A stretch of DNA of 37,709 bases, taken from positions 62,001-99,709 of the forward strand of contig JAUGWO010000116.1 of NCBI GenBank assembly GCA_049724395.1, read 5' to 3'. The DNA comes from Spongospora subterranea f. sp. subterranea (Eukaryota). Each line of letters opens with the position of its first letter. Position 1 is the first letter of the stretch. The notes under the pieces were generated by a model, which was given only the letters and a program-made list of their open reading frames with translations, had not been told where the DNA came from and did no database searches. The position numbers and the translations under genes were made by a program. Positions 23,090 through 36,300 of this stretch are shown here, piece by piece.

Positions 23090-24032
23090 CTATGTCGATG
23101 GCGAATGCTTCTTTCCTTTTTTTCGCCTTGCTTCTTGAAAAGGCTCATTCAGTTTCTTGTGCCCTCTGTCTAGCCGGGATTTAAAAGGGCGAGACGGGAT
23201 AGCTAGGCACAAACGCGGCAACAGATTGTAGAAATCTGGCACTGTCGATAGATGAGGGACCAGGAATATCATCGTCGATGGGCAATTCTACGTCATTCTC
23301 AGGCGATTGTTCATCAACGGTCGGCAATTCATCGTCAACAGTGACGTCATCATCCTCGGTCTCAGAACCCGAACTCGGAGCAATTGGAACAGATGAAGAC
23401 AATCCTAGTGGCGGTAATCGCAATTTTGACAATAGAATTCGTCGGGACTCGTCCGCAGAGAACTGTGGTGGTGATATCACGGATGTGAGAACATCAATGG
23501 ATGACGACGATGATGATGAACACGATAACGAAGGTGCGGGTATGGTTTGCGAAATATTATGATTGAGAGATGATGTAGCATTGAATGATAGTTTGGGAGA
23601 TGAAAACGAATCAGGATCAGGAGACGTGCCACAAATGGGGAGATTTACCCTTGGGCTCTGTTTATCAGCAATGTCGCGATATGGTTCATCTGTACCAGGA
23701 TTCGGTACGAACAATTGAGAACGCCGATCCGAAACTGGCGAATCCGGTTTTAAGATCGATACGTCCAGATCTGTCTGGCAAACTGAATTATTTGAATGTT
23801 GGTGCGGCTTCTCTAGCTGGGGAGACGTATCCGGACTCGTGTCCTTCATTTCAGAAACTGTGTCCAATATTAGACAATCAGGATCCGATAAAAGCAACTC
23901 TACCCCTTGAGCTGATATCTGCTCGACGGTTTCCGACCTGTCTCGGCATTCGTTCATAATCAATCGCCTTTTGGTACTTCGAGGGGGTTTCGCCCGTAAT
24001 GAATCCGGAAGTGTCCTAAACTTGGGCGGCAT
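23090..24032 (-). CDS. Hypothetical Ser/Pro/Asp-rich, largely disordered protein (3' end uncertain)
   Basis: 283-aa ORF 23181..24032 with ATG, basic N-terminus, poly-Ser and acidic tract. Possible further exon in 23090..23170. Confidence 0.55.
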
Positions 24033-26764
24033 TGATGTTCTACAGATGGAACGACACCGGTATTCTCAATCAACTGGATAATCACGTGGGGAATGTCCGA
24101 TGGTTAGAGACTATAGCGCCGTCGATTGTCATCTTACCCGTTTGATGATGACAGTACCGGTTCGGCTTGGACCACATGTTACCGCAGCTGCATTGCTATC
24201 AGTCTACCACGGTACTGTACCACCAACCACTACTGTATCTAACAGACTTACGGTAAATCTCAGCCTTTATCGCCAAGATAACCGTTTGTGACTGCATCTG
24301 AAACAAGAGGCCTTTTGACAGCCGCAATCCGAAGAAAAATGCAATGACATTTTGTTAGGTTTATTCTTCGACGCACCGCGATAAAATAATGTCACACATA
24401 GTTCTGAGAAAACTCTGACTGTGGCATTCGTTTTTTTCGAGCGTATATACCGAAATTGCATCGGTTCTACGACTACCCGCTCCGGGAGGTCAATTTCCAT
24501 GCGATAGATCTGACGGCTCAATCCCTGAAAGTAATGAATGATCGCCATAGACTGTTCGTTAGACAGCCCGCCGTCTGCTAATGGATCGATCAGTGTTGCG
24601 GCGTCGGCAATAACGGCAAGGTCCGTCTTTGCGGATTTCGGCGTGCATTTCTTTTCCCCCGATTGTGGACATAAAATATTCCTAACACCTTTTGCCCTGA
24701 ACTTGCTATCGTAGGATGTCGTGGAACACAACATCGCTCCGTGCTTACCTGAGCAGGGTCCATTTTTATTCGAACGGCAACTGCGGCATGAAATCCTTTC
24801 AAGCATCTGTTTATTGTCTCTAGGTGGAATTTGGCCTCGAGGAAATCGGGGTTGTTTCCAGTGGAAGTTTTTCCATCTCTCCCGCAGCAATGATCGATAT
24901 ATCCCAAAATTGATTGTTGTCGATCTTGCTCCATCTCCTCAGTGGCCGAATGCGTCACCATATTACTTCCATAGTTAAATCAAAGTCAAGACCCAAGCAA
25001 GAGAGAATCAACTGTTAACTGAGCAAAAACCTCTCGCTGCAATTTGGGTGAAAAATGAATTCAAGTCCGGCTTCGTTGCGAGGACGTTGTACCTGATGAA
25101 ATCAATGCCGGATGTCGCGGCGCTCAACAGGCCAGACATTTTTTCGGTGTGTGATAGAGACCTGCGTCAGCAGTTTCACTTGCACACATCATGTAAAGAT
25201 GGACAGTGATCGCGGCGCGGAATATAACCGGAACTAAACTCGGTAAAGTTGCGATTGCTCGTATCTCTGTGAGATTGGCATATATATCAACTGTGAAAAT
25301 GAAAAGAATTGGCAAATCTCTTTTGCGTCGAGGAATAGGATTCTGGTGAAAAATCCAGTTTCGCTGGGATGTTTGGACAACCAAACAATGGGTGATCTTT
25401 AAAATCTGTATTTTCCCTACAACTGTGTGTCTTCTTGATCGTAAATTTAACTTCACTATGGACTCCCACAACCCTTCGTTGTGGACTTTACAGCACAGCT
25501 TTCGCTTATGCGATGGCCATCGCCAGTGGTCTTTCACCATCGACAATCTCCGCTTCAAGATCCGGGGCCACCAGATTGGGGCTTGGCACTTTTAAACAGT
25601 TCCAGTCGAACTGCAGCGGAGCGCGACGACCACCTTCAACATCATTGCGTTCCACGTCGGCGAAGTCATGTTCGAGCCCAAATTCCAGAACAATTTCATC
25701 ATCAAATGTCCCAGGTTCGCCCAAAACTTCTTCGTCGGTTACGCTTTCCCCTGAGGTCTCCATGCACAATACATTGCTCTGGAGGCGCATTAGAGTAAAT
25801 TGGTGGATGACCGAAATTACAATGTGGCTACAAGATTAATTATTGAAGGAAAAACAGGTTGGAAACGTTGAACACAGATGGCGGGCAGTAAAGGTTACAC
25901 AATGGTAATTTTTTTTTGAATTGCGTTGTTGTCGTATTTTTTCGAATGCCGAAAAATAGCAAGGCCTACATTGGTGTTCTGAATTGCCTTATCCCTTGAA
26001 TGGAGAAACAGAACAAACCGAACAATCAAACTCAGAACGGTGAAAAAAAGAATTATCTCATGTTTCACACATCAACACCTGATAAGATGGGCGATCTCCC
26101 GACTGCTTCGCCCTAGATAACAGATCCGGTGTGCTCTGAAATCTGCACATATCGCGAAGCCAGGTGATACATATATCGATGCCTAGACGCAGGCGGATTA
26201 GGGCCGGGGCGAGCATCGTGCTCAAGCCAATCTGAAAAGCCTGTTATGGCTCTATCCTCACGCTTGGTCAGAGTTCCGTTAATAAACTCCCCAACTTCCA
26301 ATCTCATTGGCATTAGCCGACACTGTGACTGCATGCTTGTTACACTTTCAGCCCAGCCTGTAACAGTATTGCCAAGACAATTCTCCAACTTTGAGGTTCG
26401 TTTGTTGACTTATTGTTCTTCTGAGGGATTCGTTCAAACAAAAAGGTGATGGTAGTTCAACTGCAGCTTTTGCTGTCATCGAGAACCGTGTCTTGTATTC
26501 GGCGGGTATTGTCTCTGAATCCGAATCTGGCGCCCGCTGCATCAGCAAAATGTGTTTTTGTAACTGGTCCGCTGATGAGCTGGCTCAGTATTGATTTTTT
26601 TTTCCTTCGATTCGATGTCTGACTCCCGCAGCCATGCCGGGCCCGATCCGTCAATTTTGGGTCAAAAAGGCAATCTTGACCCCAGCGCTTGCATGCTCTA
26701 GCCAAATTATGGAAATATGTCGACAAATAAACTTTCACCTCAAAGAAAATGACTTTTAAATAGG

Positions 26765-27764
26765 TCAATCGTTGTTATTATATGATATATTTGCAAAGAA
26801 TTTAGCAGCTGGACGGGGACCATCGGGTATCTTACCGTTCAATTTCGGCAAAAGCCCATGAATGATACCACATTTTACCAAATCCTTTGGCTTCTTTTTT
26901 ATCATTTCTAGAACGGCATAATAAGTAGACAGACTCGGAAGTAATTGACGTAGCAAAGCACGGGACGCGTCATGTTTCGCCAGACGCCTTTTACTACACT
27001 TTCCGGTCACTCGAACCCCGCCAAGGGCAGCAACGAATTCGCCGGAATCTGATATATCGAACGCAAGCTGGTAGTCCAAGAGGCACTTCGTTCGTAATTC
27101 ATGTAAGGCTTGAAGTGGAGTCTTATGCCAATAGCCTTCGGGAAACGTCTGCTTGGCCGATAAAACCTCAATGTCGCTATCGATTGGCAATAACTTGTAA
27201 TTCTCAAGAGTCTGTAAACATAAATTGGTATTCAAAAGAGGATGATCATCACATCAGAAAGAATTCTGAGCAAACGACTTTACACAATACGTAAACAACG
27301 GAAAATATGAGCTTGCTCGTTTGAACCATCAAAAACGCTTATAACTGAATCAACACTAAAGAAATGGAGACATTCCAGGCCCGATGAAAAAGAGATAATT
27401 CAAAAGACAAATTGGATCTGAAGAAAAATTCGTTTGCGCCGTATCGCGCCAAGACAAAGAAGTATTTAACACACCAAAGAGCAACACAATGAATCGACGT
27501 TGTCAAGTTTTACGGTGACAGGAACCAACGCCTTGTCTGTCTGTTTGGACTTTTTCCTCAATTTGAAAACAGCATCGCTGCCTTGTTTCTTGCTGGATGG
27601 CACCTTCATTGCGGTGTTCGACCCAACCGACAACGATTGATTTCTGACAAGTCTGAAAACTCCGCCACGGTGAAGTCATCCAGGTAACGTTATACAAGCC
27701 TGTACAGCTCTGGGATGTTTCACCCTTTGCGTTTGAGTTTCTCGCCGGCAGATAATTCCTTCAT
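26765..27764 (-). CDS. Double-stranded RNA-binding domain protein, DGCR8/Pasha-like (exon structure partly inferred)
   Basis: ATG 27764 (MKELSAGEKLKRKG|intron|LVRNQ..., Lys-rich). Exon in ORF 26765..27235 carries LENYKLLPID..KTPLQALHEL..EFVAALGGVRVTGKCSKRRLAKHDASRALLRQLLP..YAVLEM, with the dsRBD alpha1 motif and a KxxAKxxA-like alpha2. Confidence 0.72.
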
Positions 27765-28194
27765 AGTTGCCAGTAATACACTTTTCGCGTGCCTATTGCT
27801 GTTGATCGCGGCCGGTACGACTTGTAGGATGTGATGAGACGTACATCTTGTTGAATTTGAAATTGGATTCGTATTTTGGCTGGTAATCAAAACAATAGTT
27901 GTACAGAACTGCAGCCCTATATGCACTTACGGACCTAGTTAAGCCACCGAATAAAACCAGGATTCATACAGTACGTACTCTACATACCTAAGATAGTACA
28001 GCGCGACAGTGCTGGTCAGGTGCTGCGAAAGTGTCAAAAAATTGGCTCACAACTGATCCGCAACAGTTCACAGTTGCTCCAAAAAGGGAACGCCGCACGT
28101 GCTCAAAAAGTGCCCTGACTTGTGCGACAGGCGACAGTACGAAGCTTTGGCACAGCGACAATCGTTCAACTCTGTCGATTCGGACTGTTGTTCA

Positions 28195-31100
28195 ATGACG
28201 ATTGACACAGATGGCGATACGGCGTTAACATCTCGGGATCTGGCCCTATTCCATCGCCTGCCCAGCAGTGTCCTTGTCGAAATTTTTCAGTTTTTTCACC
28301 TGTCTTCGGTCGACAGCTGCTTTATCGAGGAGTTCCCAACCGAATTCGGCATTTTGTACCGCTCTCGTGCCAATTTTTACAGAGAAAAGAATGGGATCGA
28401 TCTCGCAATACAAAACCATGAGCCGTAAGACACAAGGACACATATGGCTGTTTTCAGCTTTGTTTCGAAATTTTCACAAACCGATTTGTCGTTGTTTCAT
28501 CTTACGCTATGGTGAACTGATTGCTCGTAACCACTGACTTGAGTATTTTGTTTCGCCAGAAATTTTTCAATCATTGATGTTGCGTCTATTTCAAATGATC
28601 GGAGCGATATGCTCATCGGTTCTCTCGCTGAAACTTACCCTCCTATGTTGCCTCAGAGGCGCGGTAATCGAGATTATAATTGACCGAGAATTTAATGTAG
28701 CCGTTCGTGGTGTAAACGATTGCAATGACGCCAACTGCTTTGGGAAACCGATACTGATCAATAAGTCGCAGTGTGGCAGGTGTTTATTGTTTTCGCTCAG
28801 TTTTTAAAGTTACCGGCGAAAACCTGCGTCTTTGTATTTGATTTCAATCTCGTTTTTGCCTCTCTGTTTTCACATAGTGGTCAATAGAAATTGTCGAGAA
28901 ACTCTTCCTGAACGCCAGGTTATTGGCGATTGTAATGTCCCTCCTCCTGAGTCATTTTGGTTATCAATCATCAATCTTGTTTAATTGGCACTGCGGTTCA
29001 ACGTGTAGTGTTTTGGTTTTTCAATCTTTTCTCAACATCAGTTTTCTTTATTGAATCAGGCCAATGATTCTTTCTAAAACGTCGTTTGTTTTTACTGAGT
29101 ATCCGTGTTTAACTGTGATCATTGTTGATCCTTTTGACAGTTTTTCGGAGCACGGGACGGGCGTAGCCGCTCGTGACGAGGAGATGAACAGGGCCTTACT
29201 CTGTGCGAGCGAATCCGAATGCGAGTAAGACTCTCCGGAATCGAGTCGTGGAGACTGAGCTTGTTCAGTGTGAAGATTGGAGTTCTTTTGCTGAAGTATG
29301 GGGCAGACATCAATAACGCCGAAGGCGAGTATGGACACACTGCGCTGATGAAAGCTTCGTCCAAAGGCAGGTATTGATTTCATTCTTATGCAGTGAAAGA
29401 TAATCGAAGCTTACGTTTCAATTTCGTGAATTTGCCCTGGTATTTCCAAAGAGTTTTCTTTCAAATTGTCAAAATTTGATCGTTTAGGACAAGTTATTGG
29501 CCAAGGTATTGGCAACTGCTGTTATCCCTTACCATGAGATGCTCATTATTAATTGGTTAATCTTTGGGTTTTGCCACTGGCAATCACAATGTCGTGTTTT
29601 GAACCTTCATATTGTCAATGTTTTTTGGTCTTCCACAGCTTTTTTTTGTATTTTAAAACAGCCGAGTTTATTGTTCTACAACGTCGTTACTGTCATCCCT
29701 ATCCGTTTTGACTTTGATCAGGATTGATTGGGTCGCGATGCTTTTAGAGAACGGGGCCGACATTACTGCTGCTGACTTTTATGAGAACACCGCTTTAAGT
29801 TTTGCAGCAGCCAATATTCACAAAAACGAGTAATATTGTTTTCGAAATCCATTCTGTGGAGCCTGAGTCTGTTCAGTATGAAGGTGTTCCTTTTTTTGCT
29901 GAAGTGTGGGGCAAACATACACACCGCCGACATCACAGGGTATACGACGTTAATGGGCGCCTCTCAAGCGTCCAGGTATTGAATGTTAGTCAATTTCCAA
30001 CAAAAGTTCCGTGGAAAACCTGTGTTTCTATTTCCCTCAAAAAACTTTGCTACCTGTCTCCACACTACTCTACTCTCGCTTGAACGTTTTACAAATTTCA
30101 CAATTTACACAAGTTTTTGGCATCTATTTATTCCCGTTGTCTGAATTATTTTGTTCATTTTGTTTCATCGTCACTGGCATTCAGAATGTCAAGTTTTCCG
30201 ATATCTTTGGTTTTGATTTTGTGTGAGTGGATTAAACGCCGTTCCTTCCCGTATCTGTGCTTAACTATGATCAGCGTTCGTTGGGTTGAAATGCTTTTGA
30301 AAAACGGGGCTTATGTCACCGATCGTGAGGACTGAAGGAGTTTAACACGGCGTTACTCTGTGCAACAAACAATAGCAATTGCGAGTATGATATTCCCGAA
30401 ATTGAGTCTGTGGAGACTGATCTTGTGCAGTTTGAAGATTGGTCGACTTTTGCTAGATTATGGTTCAGACGTCAATGCCGCCGATCACCTAGGCGATACA
30501 GCTTTAATGCGAGTTTCGACGCATGGCAGGTATTAATTAATCACACCCACAGATATGTCGTTTGAATTTGTCGGAAAATTCATTGCCAATGCCTGATTGT
30601 TGGCAACTGTTTTTTTCCTCAGCCTGAGTCATCATTGGTTATCAATCATTGATCGTGTTTGATTTTTATTGTATTCAGAATTTCTGTTTTTGTGTTTTGA
30701 TTTCTCCACATGGCCAATATTGTTGGGTTTCCAAATTTCTCTGCTCTGAAACAGGTGAGTCTTTTCTCTTTGTATTACGTCGTTCCTTTCTTCCGTATCT
30801 GTGTTTTACCTATGATCAGGGTTGATTGGGTCAAAATGCTTCTAAAGCACGGGGCGGAAGTCGCTGCTCGTGATAGGTATGGTGGCACCGCTTTACTTTA
30901 TGCAATAATCAAAAAACGCGAGTAAGACTCCACCCGAAATCTATTCTGTGGAGCCTGAGCCTGTTCAGTGTTAACATTGGTCGACTTTTGCTGCAATATG
31001 GGGCAGACGTTAATGCCACCGATGGCGAAGGAAGGACGGCGCTAAGTGTCGCGTCGGCGTGTGGCAGGTATCAATTCCAATGCTGTGTTAACTTCCAACG

Positions 31101-31436
31101 AAAGTTCCCGTTGAAAACTTGCGTTTATTATTTTGCCCTCAATCAGTGTTTGATTTGCCGTCCTGTTTCCACATTATTGTGCATCAATTTGTTTGAAAAT
31201 TCACAATCAACGCCAGGTGATTGGCAACTGTTATATTCCTCAGCCTGAGTTATTTTGGTTATTTATCGTTGTTATTGTTTGCATGTGGTGCTGACATTCA
31301 GAATGACGTGTGCTGATGTCTCAAATTCGTTGTTCCTCTTTCCGTGTCTGTGCTTAACTTAATCAGGAGTGATTGGGTCCAACTGCTTTTGGAGCACGGG
31401 GCCCACGTCGCTGCTCGTGACGAGAAAACCCAATAA
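28195..31436 (+). CDS. Ankyrin-repeat protein with N-terminal F-box-like motif; multi-exon, at least one frameshift (possible pseudogene)
   Basis: Exon 1 RLPSSVLVEIFQFFHL. Ankyrin exons LLLKYGADINNAEGEYGHTALMKAS, MLLENGADITAADFYENTALSFAA, LLDYGSDVNAADHLGDTALMR, LLKHGAEVAARDRYGGTALLYA, LLQYGADVNATDGEGRTALSVAS, LLLEHGAHVAARD; stop at 31436. In-frame TGA/frameshift at ~30333. Confidence 0.8.
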
Positions 31437-32182
31437 AAAATTCGAAGTTGTCGCCCTTTGGTCACTCTTGTCTGCATTGTGGGCGCATCGTTCAAGACTA
31501 AATTCGTGTTTTCGCTGGTGGCCATTAACTCCCTTTGCGACTACCTATGTAGCAGATCTTCCGGCCAGCCAACCCAAGTCTGCTTCGCTTGACGCCTTCG
31601 CCGACTCCCCTGCCAACAATGCCTATATCGTACCCGGCTGATTTCCCGATGTGCTCGGCCTCGGTCGGTTCAGGTTGAGGTGGTGCATGCCCTACCTTCT
31701 GGTTTTGCGTTAAAAATGCCAGATTGCTTAATTTTTTAACTGAAATTTTTTCAACGCCCATTCATACGATTAGAATTTCTCATTAGAAGTTAAACACCCA
31801 GCGATCAGCTTGGGTAGTCCATTGTTGTTTACGATTGTAAAGAGAGCAAGCGGCATGCCGAATCTTTGCAAAAATGAGAACAATCCTTGCGACAAATGAG
31901 GTCTGTTCGCTCTCGCGCCCGTATCCCCTCTTCAATAGAACGCCCTTTCTGATGACCGAGTTCTTGAAACGGCGATTTATCGGAAAAATCGGTTCCCTAA
32001 TTCCGTCTATAGCAATGAATGTGTAATTTACTTCGTGTTCCTGGAATTCAAATTCTCTAAATTTCAATCCGATTGGAGGTCCGTTTGTTGATAATGTTGT
32101 TCTAATAGAGCTTTTCCAAAAACAGCGCTTCGATACCGAGCGTACGATTTTACCCGCACACATGTTAGGTCCCCCACACCAG

Positions 32183-33273
32183 TCAATAATATCTATCCAT
32201 ATTACCTATCTACGATCAATAATATCTATCCATATTACCTATCTACGATCAATAATATCTATCCATATTACCTATCTACGATCAATAATATCTATCCATA
32301 TTACCTATCTACCATATTACCTATCTACGATCAATAATATCTATCCATATTACCTATCTACGATCAATAATATCTATCCATATTACCTATCTACGATCAA
32401 TAATATCTATCCATATTACCTATCTACGATCAATAATATCTATCCATATTACCTATCTACGATCAATAATATCTATCCATATTACCTATCTACGATCAAT
32501 AATATCTATCCATATTACTACTATCTACGATCAATAATATCTATCCATATTACCTATCTACGATCAATAATATCTATCCATATTACCTATCTACGATCAA
32601 TAATATCTATCCATATTACCTATCTACGATCAATAATATCTATCCATATTACCTATCTACGATCAATAATATCTATCCATATTACCTATCTACGATCAAT
32701 AATATCTATCCATATTACCTATCTACGATCAATAATATCTATCCATATTACCTATCTACGATCAATAATATCTATCCATATTACCTATCTACGATCAATA
32801 ATATCTATCCATATTACCTATCTACGATCAATAATATCTATCCATATTACCTATCTACGATCAATAATATCTATCCATATTACCTATCTACGATCAATAA
32901 TATCTATCCATATTACCTATCTACGATCAATAATATCTATCCATATTACCTATCTACGATCAATAATATCTATCCATATTACCTATCTACGATCAATAAT
33001 ATTATCCATATTACCTATCTACGATCAATAATATCTATCCATATTACCTATCTACGATCAATAATATCTCCATCCATATTACCTATCTACGATCAATAAT
33101 ATCTATCCATATTACCTATCTACGATCAATAATATCTATCCATATTACCTATCTACGATCAATAATATCTATCCATATTACCTATCTACGATCAATAATA
33201 TCTATCCATATTACCTATCTACGATCAATAATATCTATCCATATTACCTATCTACGATCAATAATATCTATCC
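32183..33273. repeat. 33-bp tandem array, about 33 near-identical copies
   Basis: Unit TCAATAATATCTATCCATATTACCTATCTACGA with a few indel variants (~32311, ~32519, ~33001, ~33070). Confidence 0.97.
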
Positions 33274-33324
33274 GACCCGGCTACGATCTGAGTCTTCGGG
33301 CTCAGATCGTATTATTAGTTCTAG
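32183..33324 (+). mobile_element. Probable non-autonomous Helitron carrying the 33-bp array
   Basis: 3' signature: 13-bp stem with TTCG loop (33282-33311), 9 nt, CTAG (33321-33324), then T. Candidate 5' A|TC at 32191|32192. Confidence 0.6.
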
Positions 33325-36300
33325 TAAAGCACCACCAACTTCAGCTCCAGGAGCAACTTCGCACGCTAGGACCGAGGGCCGCACAACCACAGTACAATCA
33401 CAGGGAACCCAAGGCGCATCTGCCCGAACCATTCGATGGCGATCCGACATCGGTCAGAGGTTTCATAAATCAGATCTTTCTGGTGATCCAGCAGCAACCT
33501 GTTACGTACTCTACTGACACGTCCAGTCCCTTACTAATCGGTAGTTTACTAACAGGACTATCCAGGGAATGGTTCAATCCATATTTCGAGAATCAAGACC
33601 CAGCCCTCCTCAACAATTTCCAACAATTCCTCTATCTATTTCGTCAACGTTTTGACGATCCAATCCGGGCGACCTCGGCGGCGGATATGTTATCCATGAT
33701 AAAACAAGGGCGACGAACAGTAGCTGCTTACGCTTCCCATGTCCAACAACTGGTTGCCGACGCCGGCTGGGATGAGCGGGCAGCTCAACATGTGTTCCGT
33801 CGGGGCCTAAACGACGAGATACAGGACCTCTTGCTGACCGTACCTACTGCGACATCGCTCGTCCAATTAATCACCGACGCCTTGCGGCTTGATCAGCGCC
33901 TGAGTCAACGACAGGCCGGACGAACTATGACCCCATTACCCCAGCCTCAATCATATTCCCGTCCTCCTCCTCCTTTCTTACCGCGTCAACCATCTAAACT
34001 GTTCCGTTCCCCTCCAGGTTCACAACGACCGGTGCCCATGGTAATCGACGCCATTAACCCGTTCGAAACGCCAACCGAGGCAAACATATCATTGAACGCC
34101 ATTAGCACTCCTCGCGCTGCTCTGACGGTGGAGGAGAAAACTCGACGCCGTCGGGAAGGATTATGTATTTATTGTGGCGAACCTGGCCATTCAATCGCGG
34201 CCCATCACCTCCCTCCACGACCACACACTAATACACAGCGACCTTTCCAGTATTCGTCTCCCCAACGCATTTCGGCGGTAGTATTCGAGAGTACAATAAC
34301 CGCCATGCTCTGCCCACCGTGTTCCATATCGTGGCTCCCCGCGATGGCGGTCATCGACAACGTCGCGTTCATCAATTCCGGAGCTACTTCCCTGTTCATT
34401 GACCGTGGGTTCGCTCGATTTCATCAAATTCCGGTAGAACTATTGAGCTGTCCGATTCCACTGACAGTGATTGACGGTCGACGTCTTCGATCAGTAACCC
34501 ATCAGACACATCTCCTCCATTTTTCCATAGTTGATATCCAGTTCCGAGCCAAGTTTTTCTTAATCGACAGCCCAGTTTACCCTGTTGTTCTTGGAATGTC
34601 ATTCTTAAGACAGGCCAACCCATTCATAGACTGGAAAAATCTCACAATCACCTGCTCGATACCCCATCGCATCGCCAGAAATGGACATCCCGCATTTAGT
34701 TATCCAATCGACGCAAAGTGATGAAGTTGGATCGCCTGGTAAAATCTTCGACGAGACGGTAGAACGACAAGATTCGGTCCAACTCCCCAACCAGTATGCA
34801 GACTTTGTTGATGTTTTCTCGAAAGATGGAGCCGAGTCTCTTCCACCACACCGACCTGGCGTCGATTGTGCCATCAACCTCGAGGAAGACGCCGGAAACC
34901 TCCCTTACAAACCCTGCTATTCCATCTCAGCGAAAGAGGATCCGGTACTGCAATCTTACCTTCAAGACAATCTGCAGCGAGGTTTTATCAGGAATTCCCA
35001 ATCTCCTCTCGGAGCGCCGATTCTATTTGTTAAGAAGAAGGATGGTTCGCTGAGATTGTGTGTAGATTACAGGTCACTTAATGCAATCACGAAGCGAGAA
35101 CCATATCCTCTACCACTAATCGACGATATTTTACAACAACTCGCTAGCGCCAAATGCTACACCAAGATTGACCTTCGAGGCGCGTACAATCTAGTGAGAA
35201 TCAGACCAGAAGATGAATGGAAAACGGCGTTTAATTGCAAGTACGGTCATTTCGAATACCAAGTTATGCCATTTGGCCTCAAGAATGCCCCAGCCTCGTT
35301 TCAAAGATTCATGAACGAGACGTTCCAGGACTGCCTGGGAAAATTCGTGGTGGTATACCTGGATGATATCTTGATTTATTCGCAGGATCCAGAGATACAC
35401 GAAGCTCACGTAAAGGTGGTTTTGCAACGTTTGCGTGAGAAGAAGTTGTTTGCCAAGCTGGCGAAATGCGCTTTTGGAGTTCGACGTGTAGAATTTCTGG
35501 GTTACATCATCAGCCCGCAAGGAATCGAAATGGATCCAGAGAAAACCTCCAATATCACCTCGTGGCAAACACCGACGTCCGTCAAGGGGATTCAATGTTT
35601 TTTGGGATTCGCCAAGTTTGACCGTGATTTCATCTCTCGTTACTCCCAATATGCAGCACCACTATACGAGCTGACTAAGAAGGATGTACCGTTTTCTTGG
35701 CAACCTCAGCATCAAGCATCTTTTGACGCAATCAAACGGGCCTTCCTTCAAGCACCAATATTAGCCCATTTCATCCCTTCTGCACCGTGTATAGTGGAGA
35801 CCGACGCTTCCGACTTCGCGATCGGCATGATATTATCGCAGGTTCAGACTGATGCAATATTACGCCCGATTGCATTCCATTCACGCAAACTCACACCGGC
35901 AGAAATCAACTACGAGACGCACGACAAGGAATTACTGGCGGTCGTGGTGGCTATTTCCCGTTGGCGACATTAATTAGAAGGTAGTCCACACAAGATTAAG
36001 GTCCTCTCTGACCATAATAATCTCCGTTATTTCTCATCATCGAAGCTTCTCAACCGACGACAAGCACGCTGGTCTATGATATTGTCGGAATATGATTATG
36101 TGATACATCATCGTGCTGGTTCACTCTCTGGGCAACCAGACGCCTTGTCGAGACGCCCTGAGTACGAAATACAGCTTAATGATCCCGTGTGGCAACAGCA
36201 GCGAACTTGTTTACTACCAGAAGACAGCCTTAGCGTGGCTCCACTAGAATTGAATGCAATTCAATCCGGTCTGGAGGGTCTCAATAATATTATCAGAGAA

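Noticed and set aside
24267..25790. Fanzor/TnpB, Tc1-like or MULE N-terminal remnants in Cys-containing ORFs
   Set aside because: No RuvC motifs (DPG, conserved E, RDxNAAxN) or DDE triad seen; resemblances are too weak to call.
32183..33273. CRISPR array, telomere, or real 289-aa protein (ORF 32162..33031)
   Set aside because: No spacers, internal location, and the ORF is a by-product of a 33-bp unit that changes frame at indels.
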